Assembly (NCBI GenBank): GCA_963827235.1
Contig: CAWHAE010000012.1
Coordinates: 384,001-448,000, forward strand
DNA length: 64,000 nucleotides
Origin: an uncultured bacterium
GTDB lineage: Bacteria > Chloroflexota > UBA5177 > JANWHV01
Reading direction: 5' to 3'
In this document: positions 42,972 through 52,753 of the stretch, in pieces
How positions within the stretch are numbered: the stretch's first letter is position 1
How the letters are laid out: each line of letters opens with the position of its first letter
Notes under the pieces: generated by a model
Databases searched by the model: none
What the model saw: only the letters and a program-made list of their open reading frames with translations
What the model was told of the DNA's origin: nothing
Made by a program: the position numbers and the translations under genes

Positions 42972-44129
42972 ATGGCTGAGCTATTGCCGGATCTGTATCC
43001 TTTTCGAACCGATCCGGTCTACCGGTACTACGTCTGGGGCGGCACGCGGCTGAGCGAGCTCATGGGAAAGCCGGCGGGGCCCGAGGGAACGCTCGCCGAG
43101 TCCTGGGAGATCGGCGACGACGCGGGCGTCACCGAGGGCCCCTGGCAGGGGAAGACGCTGCGCGAAGTCGACGAGGCGACCGGCGGGGGCCTCTCCAACG
43201 GCGCTCCGCACTACCCCAACGCCCGGCTGCCGCTGTTGATCAAATTGTCCGGCTCAGCGCAGGATCTCTCCGTGCAAATTCATCCGAATGACGAGCAGGC
43301 CTTGCGCGATGACCCCGCTCGCGGATTTCCCGGCAAGAGCGAGATGTACCTGATCCTCGACGCCGAGCCCGGCGCGGGAGTCTACTGGGGATTGCGGCCC
43401 GGAGTGACGGCCGCACGCCTCGAGGAGGCTTGCCGCGCAGGCACCGGGGTCTCTACCCTGATCAACTTCGTCCCCGTGAAGGCCGGCGACGTGCTCTTCT
43501 CACCTGCCGGCGTCGTGCACGCCTTGGGCAAGGGCATAGTCTTCTGTGAGGTACAGCAGAACTCGGACATCACCTATCGACTGTACGACTGGGGCCGGCT
43601 CGGCGCGGACGGCACGCCGAGACCGCTGCACCTGGAGCAAGGACTCGCGGTTCTCGACATGAGCAAACAGCGCGGCACCGCGGTCGCGCCGCTCGTCGAT
43701 CCCGAGTTCGCCGCCGGCACACGGCGGACCTTCCTCTGCGCCTGCCAGTACTTCGCCGTCGAGCTTCTCGAGCTGAACGCCGGGCGCCTCGAGTCTGCCG
43801 CCGAACCGGCGGCCGATACTGCCTCATCCCACCAGACAGCGCCAGGAGTCTCAGTCGCGGTCCAGCTTCGCCGCGCCCGATCCTCGATGCGCGGTATCGT
43901 CGTGCTGGACGGTGAAGCAGTCGTTTCAGCCGGCGGCAAAACGGTGACGGCCGGCAAGGGACAGAGTATCGTCGTGCCGGCGGCGCTCGCCGAGTCGGCG
44001 CTGGGTACGAGCGGCACGGCGCGCGTCCTGCTGGCCTACGAGCCGGACCTCGCGGCCGACGTGATCGCGCCTCTGAGCAGCGCGGGCTACACGATGGAGC
44101 AAATCGCTCAGCTCGGCGATCTGAGCTGA
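42972..44129 (+). CDS. manA: Type I phosphomannose isomerase (cupin)
   Basis: WGG..L, AESWE, PLLIK...LSVQIHP, GKSE, AG.VHA, EVQQNSDITYRLYDW.R. Confidence 0.85.
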   Translation: MAELLPDLYPFRTDPVYRYYVWGGTRLSELMGKPAGPEGTLAESWEIGDDAGVTEGPWQGKTLREVDEATGGGLSNGAPHYPNARLPLLIKLSGSAQDLSVQIHPNDEQALRDDPARGFPGKSEMYLILDAEPGAGVYWGLRPGVTAARLEEACRAGTGVSTLINFVPVKAGDVLFSPAGVVHALGKGIVFCEVQQNSDITYRLYDWGRLGADGTPRPLHLEQGLAVLDMSKQRGTAVAPLVDPEFAAGTRRTFLCACQYFAVELLELNAGRLESAAEPAADTASSHQTAPGVSVAVQLRRARSSMRGIVVLDGEAVVSAGGKTVTAGKGQSIVVPAALAESALGTSGTARVLLAYEPDLAADVIAPLSSAGYTMEQIAQLGDLS

Positions 44130-45034
44130 GTCGCTTGCTGCAGGGCTCGGCGTGCCAGCTCGATGGCGCCCAGCATCCCGCACCGCGACCCGAGGTCGGG
44201 CGGCACGACGTAGGAGTTGATGCCATTCTCATCTACCGCGGCGTGGCGCAGATAGCCGTTGGTGATCGCTCTCACGCGCTCACGGATGCGCGGGAAGAGA
44301 TGCCGCTGCTGCATGACGCCACCGCCGAGCACGACGCGGCGTGGTGACAGCGTGTACATGATGTCGGCAATTGCCGTGGCGAGATAGAACGCCTCCAGGT
44401 CCCAGATGGGATCTTCGGGTGCGAGGCGCTGCGCCGGCTTCCCAGCGCGCGCTGCAAGGGCTGGCCCGCTGGCCATTCCCTCCAGACAGCGGCCGTGAAA
44501 CGGGCACACGCCGGGAAACTCGTCGCCGGCCATGGACGGCATCGCCAGGTGCCCCATCTCGGGGTGGATCAACCCGTGGAGCGGCGCACCGTTGACGCAG
44601 GCGCCGCCGCCGATGCCGGTGCCGACGGTGATGTAGACCACGGGATCGACTCCCTGGCCCGCGCCCCAGCGCTGTTCGGCCAGGGCGGCGGCATTGACGT
44701 CGGTATCGAAGCCCACGGTCACGCCGAGACGGTCGTGGAGTGCGCCGACGATGTTGAGCTGCTGCCAACCTGCCTTCGGCGTCGACGTGATGTAGCCGAA
44801 GGTCGGCGACGCCGTGTCCAGGTCGATGGGACCGAAGGAGGCCAGACCCACCGCTGCCAGCCGCCTACCGCCGCTCGCCTTCTCGAAGAAGCTGAAGACT
44901 TCGCGCAGCGTTCTGTCGGGATCCGTCGTGGGGATGGTTTCCGTGGCCACGATGTCGTCCGGGCCTGTGCCGAGCATGCAATTGAACTTGGTCCCGCCGC
45001 CTTCGATGCCCCCAAAAACGCTGTTATCCATCAT
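44108..45034 (-). CDS. ROK family fructokinase
   Basis: GGIEGGGTKF, SFGPID, TPK.GW, DTDVN, TVGTGIGGG, HPEMGH, CPFH..CLEG. Confidence 0.88.
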   Translation of the reverse strand: MMDNSVFGGIEGGGTKFNCMLGTGPDDIVATETIPTTDPDRTLREVFSFFEKASGGRRLAAVGLASFGPIDLDTASPTFGYITSTPKAGWQQLNIVGALHDRLGVTVGFDTDVNAAALAEQRWGAGQGVDPVVYITVGTGIGGGACVNGAPLHGLIHPEMGHLAMPSMAGDEFPGVCPFHGRCLEGMASGPALAARAGKPAQRLAPEDPIWDLEAFYLATAIADIMYTLSPRRVVLGGGVMQQRHLFPRIRERVRAITNGYLRHAAVDENGINSYVVPPDLGSRCGMLGAIELARRALQQATQLRSPS

Positions 45035-45061
45035 TTCTACCCGTCATAATTCCGAGCTCAT

Positions 45062-46024
45062 CTAGTACACGACGAGCTTGGTTGGCAATACTACCGTCTG
45101 TTGCGGGCTGCCATCGCCGGCCAGTCGAGCAAGCAGCAGGCGCGCGCCTGCACGGCCCATCTCCACCGGGTCGTGCACGATCAGCGCGTCGAGGGCGGAA
45201 ATCATGTCGGCCAGCTCGAGGTCGTCGAACCCAAGCACTGCCACCTGCGCCTTTCGGGCGATCACCGCGTGAAGCACACCCACGCATGCCCTGTTGTTCA
45301 TGGCAAATATGGCTGATGGCGGTTTGGTCGTGTCCAGCAGCTGGCACGCGGATGCCTCCGCGCGTGCCACGGTCCCGGCGCCGAGCTTGAACAGCGACTC
45401 GTCGTACGCAAGGCCGACGGTCGCGAAGGCGGCTCGGTAGCCCGCCAGGCGCTCACCAGCGGTGTACAGGGAAAGGTCGTCGCCCACCACGCCGATTCGC
45501 CGGTGCCCTTGCATGACCAGGTAGGCAATGCCCTGCTGTGCGCCGCCCCGATTATCGAGCAGCACTGAATCCGAGACCTTGTCGGGCGCGGGGCGATCGA
45601 GATACACGCGTGGCATGCGAGCCTCGGCACCCAACGATGCGCGATCGCCAGCCGGCACGACAAGGAGCCCGGCAATATGCTGCTGGCACAGTGCGTGCAC
45701 CAAATCGTGCTCGCGATTCGCGTGCTCCTCGGAGCTGCCAGAGAGGACCAGGAAGCCATGCTGTGCTGCAACCTCCGCCACTCCGCGGGCGATACCGGAG
45801 TAGAACGGGTTGGCCAGGTCGCCGATCACCAGGCCAAGCAAGGGCTGCGACTGCCCCACCCGCAGGCTGCGAGCGACGGCGCTGGGGTGGAATTCGAGCG
45901 CCGTGATCGCCTCCTGCACCCGCTGAGTCGTCTCAGGGCGCACCCCGGCCTCGCCGTTCACTACGCGCGACACCGTCTTCAGGCTCACGCCTGCGGCGGC
46001 AGCCACGTCGCGCATAGTTGCCAT
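45062..46024 (-). CDS. LacI family transcriptional regulator
   Basis: TMRDVAAAAGVSLKTVSRVVN HTH plus a sugar-binding domain; GGAGG RBS. Confidence 0.95.
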   Translation of the reverse strand: MATMRDVAAAAGVSLKTVSRVVNGEAGVRPETTQRVQEAITALEFHPSAVARSLRVGQSQPLLGLVIGDLANPFYSGIARGVAEVAAQHGFLVLSGSSEEHANREHDLVHALCQQHIAGLLVVPAGDRASLGAEARMPRVYLDRPAPDKVSDSVLLDNRGGAQQGIAYLVMQGHRRIGVVGDDLSLYTAGERLAGYRAAFATVGLAYDESLFKLGAGTVARAEASACQLLDTTKPPSAIFAMNNRACVGVLHAVIARKAQVAVLGFDDLELADMISALDALIVHDPVEMGRAGARLLLARLAGDGSPQQTVVLPTKLVVY

Positions 46025-46145
46025 ACAGCCTCCACCTGTGGCCGGCCGGGCGCGGCACTCTCGTGCGCGGATCGGAGGAACCAGGCCCAAGCACACCCCA
46101 GTCCGAGGAACAAGCCCAAGCACCAGTCTCCAGTCTACACCACCT

Positions 46146-46235
46146 TGACAACGTTGTCACCATGTGGCGGCAGCCAGTTGACAACGCTAAAGCTGAGTGC
46201 AATAATAGGGCGAAGTCGTGCAGACAACGTTGTCA
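46146..46235 (+). promoter_or_regulatory. Three LacI-type operators around the ABC transporter promoter
   Basis: Perfect palindrome TGACAACGTTGTCA (46146-46159), near-perfect AGACAACGTTGTCA (46222-46235) and partial TGACAACGCT overlapping TTGACA-N17-AATAAT (46178-46206). Confidence 0.85.
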
Positions 46236-46359
46236 TGTTCCGGCCGTGGCGCGAATGGTCCGCTGCATGGCGTGCCGGGTTGTCGGGCTGCCCCATGAGG
46301 TAAGGGCAACCGGTTACCGGCCTGACGTCGTTGAGCCACGGTTGTCGCGGAGGACAGTG

Positions 46360-47139
46360 GTGGTAGAAGACAAGCAGCCGGTCTTGGAGGCTCGCGGCAT
46401 CACGCGCAGCTTTGGGCGCGTAGTGGCGCTGCGCGGTGCCGACTTCTCGGCCAGACCCGGCGAGGTATCGGCCCTGGTCGGCGATAATGGCGCCGGCAAG
46501 TCGACACTGATCAAGATGTTTTCGGGAGCGTTGCAGCCCGACGGGGGCACGATGCTCCTGGAAGGCAAGCCGATTGCTTTTCACACGCCGCAGGATGCGC
46601 GCCGGCACGGTATCGAGACCGTCTACCAGGATCTGGCTTTGGCGCCTCATCTCGATGTGGCATCGAACCTCTTTCTTGGGCGCGAGGCGCGCGCAGCGGG
46701 GCCGCTGGGCAAGATCGGCTTCCTGAACGACGGCGCCATGCGCAAGCGGGCGGCTCAGGAAATGGCAAGCCTGCAGATCGGCCTCTCGACGGTCCGGCAG
46801 CCTGTGTTTACACTGTCCGGCGGCCAGCGCCAGGCAATTGCTGTGGCGCGCGCCACGGCCTGGGGCAACAAGGTCGTGATCATGGACGAGCCCACCGCCG
46901 CCCTCGGCGTGCGGGAATCGAAGATGGTGCTCGAATTGATCCTGCGCGTGCGCCAGTCGGGAGCCGCGGTAATCATGATCAGCCACAGCATGCCGGAGGT
47001 GTTCGAGGTCGCCGATCGGATCACGATTCTCCGGCTGGGGCGCACCGTCAGGCAGGTTCGGCGCAGCGACACGACGATGACCGAGGTGGTCGCCTTTATG
47101 ACCGGCGCAGCGGTGGAGCGACTGGCGGAGATCGAGTAG
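46360..47139 (+). CDS. Monosaccharide ABC transporter ATP-binding protein
   Basis: GDNGAGKS, VYQDLAL, LSGGQRQ, IMDEPTAALG, ISH; GGAGG RBS. Confidence 0.93.
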   Translation: MVEDKQPVLEARGITRSFGRVVALRGADFSARPGEVSALVGDNGAGKSTLIKMFSGALQPDGGTMLLEGKPIAFHTPQDARRHGIETVYQDLALAPHLDVASNLFLGREARAAGPLGKIGFLNDGAMRKRAAQEMASLQIGLSTVRQPVFTLSGGQRQAIAVARATAWGNKVVIMDEPTAALGVRESKMVLELILRVRQSGAAVIMISHSMPEVFEVADRITILRLGRTVRQVRRSDTTMTEVVAFMTGAAVERLAEIE

Positions 47140-48228
47140 ATGAGCACATCAGCCGAGCAAGAAGCAGGCAGTCCGCAGCCGGTCACGCCCGAGCGCCGGA
47201 CGGGCTACCAGCGCGCGATACGGACTGTCCTAGGCGCCAGCAATCTTTACATATTCCTCGTCCTGGTCATACTTCTGGGGCTGTTCAGTCTGATCAGTCC
47301 CGGCCATTCGTTCTGGGGTGTGACGAACTTCAAGAACATCGCCTGGGATAGCGCGGAGACACTGCTGCTGGCGGTCGGCGAGACGTTCGTGATCATCACC
47401 GCCGGTATCGACCTCTCGGTCGGCACCGTGCTCATGCTCTCGGGCATCGTCGCCTCATGGGTGATGGCGGAAACGGGCGGTACTGCCCAGCAGGTCAACA
47501 ACGGCGTGTTTCCTCACGCCGCGGAGGCAATCGCGCTCGGCATCCTGGCCGGCCTCGGCATGGGACTGCTCGCGGGAGCGATCAACGGGTTGCTGGTAAC
47601 GCGACTGAAGCTGCCCGCCTTCATCGTGACTCTGGGCACCTATAGCATCGCCTATGGATTTGGCGAGCTGATATTCTCGGAGGGCGCCACGGGGCAGAAT
47701 TCGATTCCTGTAGGCCCGAACTCGTTTGCCAACTCGTTTGGCGCCGACAACATGCTCCTCGGTCTGCCCACCATGGTATTCGCTGCAGCGGTCGCCGCCT
47801 TGATCGCGCACGTCATTCTCACTCGCACAATCTTTGGCCGCCGCACGTTCGCCGTGGGCAGCAATCTCGAAGCATCGCGCCTGGCAGGCGTGCCGGTGAA
47901 CCTGCATCTCTGGTTGGTCTACGTCCTGTGCGGCGGCATGTCGGCTCTGGCCGGCATTTTCGACCTGGCACGCTACCAGACGATCGACGTGTCCGGCCAC
48001 GCGACCGACAACCTGAACGCCGTGGCCGCCGTGGTGATCGGCGGCACCAGCCTCTTCGGCGGTGTCGGCTCCATACTCGGCACGGTAATCGGCGCCTTCA
48101 TTCCCACGACGTTGCGTTACGGCTTCACCATCCAGGGTGTTTCATCCTTCTGGCAAGACATAGCGGTAGGAACGATCATCATCGTCGCGGTGTTCGTCGA
48201 TCAGGTGAGACGATCACGCGCAACCTGA
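47140..48228 (+). CDS. Monosaccharide ABC transporter permease (RbsC family)
   Basis: GIDLSVG, PAFIVTLG, FGR..FAVGSN..ASRLAG, AAVVIGGTSLFGG. Confidence 0.93.
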   Translation: MSTSAEQEAGSPQPVTPERRTGYQRAIRTVLGASNLYIFLVLVILLGLFSLISPGHSFWGVTNFKNIAWDSAETLLLAVGETFVIITAGIDLSVGTVLMLSGIVASWVMAETGGTAQQVNNGVFPHAAEAIALGILAGLGMGLLAGAINGLLVTRLKLPAFIVTLGTYSIAYGFGELIFSEGATGQNSIPVGPNSFANSFGADNMLLGLPTMVFAAAVAALIAHVILTRTIFGRRTFAVGSNLEASRLAGVPVNLHLWLVYVLCGGMSALAGIFDLARYQTIDVSGHATDNLNAVAAVVIGGTSLFGGVGSILGTVIGAFIPTTLRYGFTIQGVSSFWQDIAVGTIIIVAVFVDQVRRSRAT

Positions 48229-48362
48229 TGTGTGGCCTCCGGCTGCTGCCGGTCGCCGATTCGCTGCCTAGGAAGGAGGTGGGGGCAGGCTGATGGGGCC
48301 GCCCAGCTATACAGGAACTGTCGTTATGACGTCATCCGAGTAATCGTGAAAGAGGGCCACGA

Positions 48363-49340
48363 ATGCTAAAGCGAGCGCTAATCGGCGGCCTGCTCACCGC
48401 CGCAATCGTCCTTACCACTGCTCCTGTCATGCAGACCACGCATGTGCAGGCCGCGAAGCCGTGGAAGATCATCTTCGTCGCCGGCATCGCCTCCGATGCC
48501 TTCTACATCACCATGAACCATGGCATTCAGGCCGAGGCAAAGACGGAAGGCCTTCCAGCTCCGCAGTTCTCCGGCTCTACGGCCGCGTGGGGCCCGAGCT
48601 ACCAGACCCCGTTCCTGAACGCAGCCATCGCCAAGCATCCGGACCTCATCATCATCGCGCCTACCGATACCGTCGCCATGAAGGCGCCGATCGTGGCTGC
48701 CGTGAAGGCGGGAGTGCCGGTGCTCTTCGTCGATACCACGCTCAACGACCCGTCCATGGCAGTGACCACGATCTCGACCGATAACCTGGCCGGTGGCAGG
48801 GCTGCTGCCGACGCGCTGGCCAAGGCAATCGGCGCCAAGGGCGGCAAGGTCGCGGGCATCAACACGGTGCCCGGCGTGAGCACGACCGACCAGCGCATGG
48901 AGGGATTCAACGCAGAGCTGAAGAAGTACCCCCAGCTCGACAACCTCGGCACGACCTTCGCGACCGACGTGGCGACCAGGGCTGCCACGATCCTCAAGTC
49001 CCTCGTGGCCGCGCACCCGGATCTGGCCGGTGTGTTCGCCATGAACGTAGTGACCGGTGATGGCGTGACCGCAGCGGCCAAGGAAGAGGGCGTGAAGGGC
49101 CTCAAGCTGGTCGAGTTCGACGCCGGTCCGGCCCAGGTAGCAGCGCTCAAGAAGGGGCAGATCACTGCTCTCATCGCGCAATACCCCTATGGCATCGGTC
49201 AGATGGCCGTCAAGCTGGGCGTCGAGTATCTGAACAATCCCAAGGTCAAGCTGGCCCGGCACTATGGCACGCCGACCGGGATCATCACCCCGGCCAACGT
49301 GGGCACTAAGGCCATGGCCAACTTCCTCTACACGCAGTGA
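48363..49340 (+). CDS. Sugar ABC transporter substrate-binding protein (RbsB family)
   Basis: Signal peptide; DAFY, VDT, TDN..GG, ST..QR..GF, EFD, AQ.P..IG. Confidence 0.92.
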   Translation: MLKRALIGGLLTAAIVLTTAPVMQTTHVQAAKPWKIIFVAGIASDAFYITMNHGIQAEAKTEGLPAPQFSGSTAAWGPSYQTPFLNAAIAKHPDLIIIAPTDTVAMKAPIVAAVKAGVPVLFVDTTLNDPSMAVTTISTDNLAGGRAAADALAKAIGAKGGKVAGINTVPGVSTTDQRMEGFNAELKKYPQLDNLGTTFATDVATRAATILKSLVAAHPDLAGVFAMNVVTGDGVTAAAKEEGVKGLKLVEFDAGPAQVAALKKGQITALIAQYPYGIGQMAVKLGVEYLNNPKVKLARHYGTPTGIITPANVGTKAMANFLYTQ

Positions 49341-49373
49341 CGGATCGCTGACCGCGCAGGCGCGGTCCGACGA

Positions 49374-49409
49374 AACGGGGGATGGGCGTCGCGACGTCCA
49401 TCCCCCGTT
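49374..49409 (+). terminator. Intrinsic terminator-like hairpin after the ABC operon
   Basis: AACGGGGGATGGGCGTC-GC-GACGTCCATCCCCCGTT followed by CCTTT. Confidence 0.65.
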
Positions 49410-49513
49410 CCTTTGCCCGCGTCGACAATGTCTCGAATACCGCGCAAGGCCCGCAGTAGCGGCTCTCGGCAGACGCCGGCGGTGCGCCAGGCCTTCTGCT
49501 GCGCCACTGACGT

Positions 49514-49675
49514 TGGCAGCGCCAGCCGGAACGTGCTGCCGGCGGGACCCGTGGCCTCCAGGTCGAGGTTTCCGCCCATGGCCTGCGCCAGGCTGCGTCC
49601 CGGGTACAGACCCATGCCGGTGCCGACGCGCCCCGGGCGAACCTGACTTCCGGCTACGCGCCCGAACCGCGTGAA
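49514..49675 (-). pseudogene. Fragment of a histidine kinase ATPase domain
   Basis: FTRFGRV...GTGMGLY..RSLAQAMGGNLDLE.....GSTFRLALP (F and G2 boxes) without upstream H, N or G1 boxes. Confidence 0.6.
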
Positions 49676-49702
49676 GTGATGATCGCGCTGATCCATTCCT
49701 GA

Positions 49703-49732
49703 TTGACAAGCCCAGCATGCCAGGTGTAGACT
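49703..49732 (+). promoter_or_regulatory. Promoter for the SIS/ROK gene pair
   Basis: TTGACA-N18-TAGACT. Confidence 0.6.
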
Positions 49733-49870
49733 CGCCACGACATTCCGGGGAGGCTGCCGGGCATGCGTTAGCCATGTTCAGCTGCGAGAGGTGATCCGAG
49801 GGCAAGTGGGACCTCGGGCGCTCGCGTAGCCGCTCCAGGCACAAGCCTATGTAGCGATACTGTTCGAGGG

Positions 49871-50521
49871 ATGACCGTGGGCGACTCTGACGACACATTG
49901 CGCACGCTGATCGCAAAATACCCAGACCTCCAGGGCTGCGCGCCCCAGATCGGCGAGGCATATGTGCTGCTGGCAGAAGCCTTCCGGAACGGCGGAAAGC
50001 TGCTGCTCTGCGGTAATGGAGGCAGCGCAGCCGATTGCGATCACATCGTGGGCGAGCTGATGAAAGGCTTCGCTCGACGACGGCCGGTCTCCGACGCCGT
50101 TCGCGTGAAGCTTCGGACCGCGTGGCCGCAACAGGGAGACTGGCTGGCCGATCGACTGCAGGGCGCTCTGCCGGCGATCGCGCTGCCCTCGCACGCGGCA
50201 CTTCTCTCCGCCACTGCCAACGACGTGTCGGCGGACATGGTCTACGCCCAGCAGGTATTCGCTTACGGCCGGGCCGGCGACATCCTGCTGGGGATCAGCA
50301 CGTCGGGTAATGCGGTGAACGTGCTGCAGGCACTGCGCGTCGGGCTCGCGCTAGGTCTCAAGACGATCGGTCTGACCGGGCGTACCGGAGGCGCGATGCG
50401 CGACAGTTGCGATGTCGCGATCTGTGTGCCTTACGACCGCACGCACGAGATCCAGGAGCGGCACCTGCCCATCTATCACTGCCTGTGCTTAATGCTCGAG
50501 GGGACGTTTTTCGATTCATGA
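49871..50521 (+). CDS. SIS domain phosphosugar isomerase (GmhA-like)
   Basis: LCGNGGSAAD..H..GEL, AND, AQQV, ISTSGN, IQE.HL.IYH. Confidence 0.9.
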   Translation: MTVGDSDDTLRTLIAKYPDLQGCAPQIGEAYVLLAEAFRNGGKLLLCGNGGSAADCDHIVGELMKGFARRRPVSDAVRVKLRTAWPQQGDWLADRLQGALPAIALPSHAALLSATANDVSADMVYAQQVFAYGRAGDILLGISTSGNAVNVLQALRVGLALGLKTIGLTGRTGGAMRDSCDVAICVPYDRTHEIQERHLPIYHCLCLMLEGTFFDS

Positions 50522-51510
50522 TGCTCCTTGCCGGGGTCGATATTGGCGGTACAAAGTGCGCCGTGAGCCTGGGACAGGACAACGGCTCGACAGTCGCGGT
50601 CATGGCTCAAGAGCGATTCCTTACTCCCCAGTCCCCTGCCGCGACTATCGACCGGATTGGATGGGAGCTGGAATTGCTGCTGAAGGCCCAGCACGGCAGC
50701 TCGCCCGCGGCAATCGGCATCTGCTGTGGCGGGCCGCTCAACAGTGCTACCGGCATGATCTTGTCTCCGCCGAACCTGCCGGGCTGGGATTGCATCGACG
50801 TGTGCGCGCCCCTCCGCCGGCGCTTCAATATGCCGGTCGGCCTGCAGAACGATGCGAACGCCTGCGCCCTTGCCGAATGGCACTGGGGCGCCGGTCGTGG
50901 GTGCCAGACGATGATCTTCTTGACCTTCGGTACCGGCATGGGCGCCGGGCTCATTCTCGATGGTCGTCTGTTTGAGGGCGCAAGCGGGCTCGCGGGCGAG
51001 GTCGGCCATATCCGCCTCGAAAGCGACGGACCGGTGGGCTACCGCAAGGCCGGCTCGTTTGAGGGGTTCTGCAGCGGCGGTGGCATTGCCCACCTGGCGC
51101 GGACCATGGCCGACGCCGACTTGCGTCTCGGCGGATCGCCGGCGTTCTGCCCGACTCTCGAGCAGCTTCCTACCATCACCGCGCTTGCCGTCGGCGAGGC
51201 AGCACAGCAGGGCGATGCTCTCGCCGTGCAGGTCTGGCGCAAGGTGGGGCACTATCTTGGCCGGGGCCTGGCGATTCTCGTCGATGTCCTCAATCCTGAG
51301 CGCATCGTTCTGGGCAGCATCTATGGCCGCCAGGTAGGGTTGCTGGAACCTGTTGTGCTGGAGGAGCTGCGGCGTGAAGCGTTGCCGGAAATGCTAACCG
51401 CGCTGCAGATATTGCCTGCTGGCCTGGGCGAAGCCGTTGGCGACATAGCCAGTATCGCGGTCGCTCGCTACGCGTTGTCAGGGCATGCCGTGCAGGCCGC
51501 GCAGATCTGA
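50518..51510 (+). CDS. ROK family sugar kinase
   Basis: GVDIGGTK, PPNLPGW, NDANA.ALAE, TFGTGMGAG, GEVGH; ATGA overlap with the SIS gene. Confidence 0.9.
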   Translation: MMLLAGVDIGGTKCAVSLGQDNGSTVAVMAQERFLTPQSPAATIDRIGWELELLLKAQHGSSPAAIGICCGGPLNSATGMILSPPNLPGWDCIDVCAPLRRRFNMPVGLQNDANACALAEWHWGAGRGCQTMIFLTFGTGMGAGLILDGRLFEGASGLAGEVGHIRLESDGPVGYRKAGSFEGFCSGGGIAHLARTMADADLRLGGSPAFCPTLEQLPTITALAVGEAAQQGDALAVQVWRKVGHYLGRGLAILVDVLNPERIVLGSIYGRQVGLLEPVVLEELRREALPEMLTALQILPAGLGEAVGDIASIAVARYALSGHAVQAAQI

Positions 51511-51671
51511 GGTGCGAGCCTTGGGCGCGGCTCGCCAGCGTTCTCGTCGCGCCGGCTGCGCCTTGTCCGGGTGCCGGCGGGCGGAGCGGTCGTCGCAGGT
51601 GCATTGGTCCTGGAATCCATGCGCAGGTGCCGCAGCAGGGGCCTCGCACCCGGCCCGCCAAGCTCCGGCGT

Positions 51672-52082
51672 CTACGGATGCAGCTTCAGACCCTTGATGG
51701 CCTTGTCCACGTCCTTTTTCGGTCCCCGAACAGCGAGTCCCACCAGGTTCGGCGCGTCGGCCGGCTCGGCGCCGAATACCTCTCGATTTGCCGCGTCGTG
51801 GCCCGTGGCAAACATGGCCTCTACATACGCTGCGGTCGTGAGCTCGCGGTCGAGAGCCAGGCGTCGAGCCCGCAACAGCTCGGCAGGTGTTGCCGCGTAG
51901 ACGAAAATCGGCTGGCCGAGCAGCCGCGCATAGCGGCGCCCTGCTGCGTCGAGATACGGCTCACCCATGGCCTCTGGGGCCTCGGCAGCTATGCCCGTGG
52001 ACAGAAAGGCGGCGACGTTGAGCTTTTGCCATTCCGCCAGATCGCCGCGAATGAGGAGCGCCACTTTCGTGTCGAACTCCAC
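51672..52082 (-). CDS. DUF2000 family protein
   Basis: FDTKVA..IR.DL..WQKLNV.AFL...EPY.DA.G...MF.TG.D..NR...GLA.RG.KK.VDK. Confidence 0.8.
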   Translation of the reverse strand: MEFDTKVALLIRGDLAEWQKLNVAAFLSTGIAAEAPEAMGEPYLDAAGRRYARLLGQPIFVYAATPAELLRARRLALDRELTTAAYVEAMFATGHDAANREVFGAEPADAPNLVGLAVRGPKKDVDKAIKGLKLHP

Positions 52083-52259
52083 TCATCTTCTCCTGACTGG
52101 TCTCGTTTCCGGTGTCGTGCGTCCAATACCAGGGTACCCGCCCGAGGCTCGCCGATCGGCGACGGCCGTGCAGATCTCGTGCGCAACGACGAGAGTGCTT
52201 GCGTGCCGGATTCAGCCCAACGCAGCCGAGACGTGCCGTGGGCTTGGTACCATAGGTGC

Positions 52260-52604
52260 ATGAGGGAGATCGATAGCTACCTCGAGACGCTCGAGCCGTC
52301 GACCAGGGCGGCGCTGCAGCGCGTGCGTTCGATCGTTCGCGAGACCGTTCCCGACGCGGTCGAAGCCATCAGCTACGGCATGCCCGCGTTCAAGTACAAA
52401 CACGCTTACCTAGCAGGCTATCGCGCCTTCCAGAGGCATTTGAGCTTCTTTCCCACGGCAGAGCCGATTGAGACTCTGCGAGACCGGCTCGGGGCGTTCA
52501 GGCTCTCCAAAGGTACGATCCGCTTCTCGGTCGATAACCCAATTCCGGAAGATCTGCTCGAACAGCTCGTGCTGGCTCGTGTCGCCGCCATAGACAACGG
52601 CTGA
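52260..52604 (+). CDS. DUF1801/YdhG family protein
   Basis: IDSYL...RAALQRVR.IV...P.A.E.ISYGMPAF...KGTIRF. Confidence 0.85.
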   Translation: MREIDSYLETLEPSTRAALQRVRSIVRETVPDAVEAISYGMPAFKYKHAYLAGYRAFQRHLSFFPTAEPIETLRDRLGAFRLSKGTIRFSVDNPIPEDLLEQLVLARVAAIDNG

Positions 52605-52753
52605 TGGGATCGCGTCGGTGTCTTCACGCATGTAAGAACATGCCCTGCCACTGCCTGCGCCGGAGAGTCATGCCGTGCACGGCGCAGCCCTACTCGCTCG
52701 CCAAGGAAAGCGGCGCCCGTCAAGTAAGCAGTGTGCGGTACTCCGTGGAGTGG

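Noticed and set aside
44108-44129. Convergent 22-nt overlap of manA and the fructokinase as antisense regulation
   Set aside because: Short 3' overlaps are common in GC-rich genomes, and there is no other support.
48378-50201. 607-aa minus-strand ORF and many similar long antisense ORFs (e.g. 6059-7780, 16965-18044)
   Set aside because: These are shadow frames of recognisable genes, expected at high GC; they are Arg/Pro/Gly-rich with no motifs.
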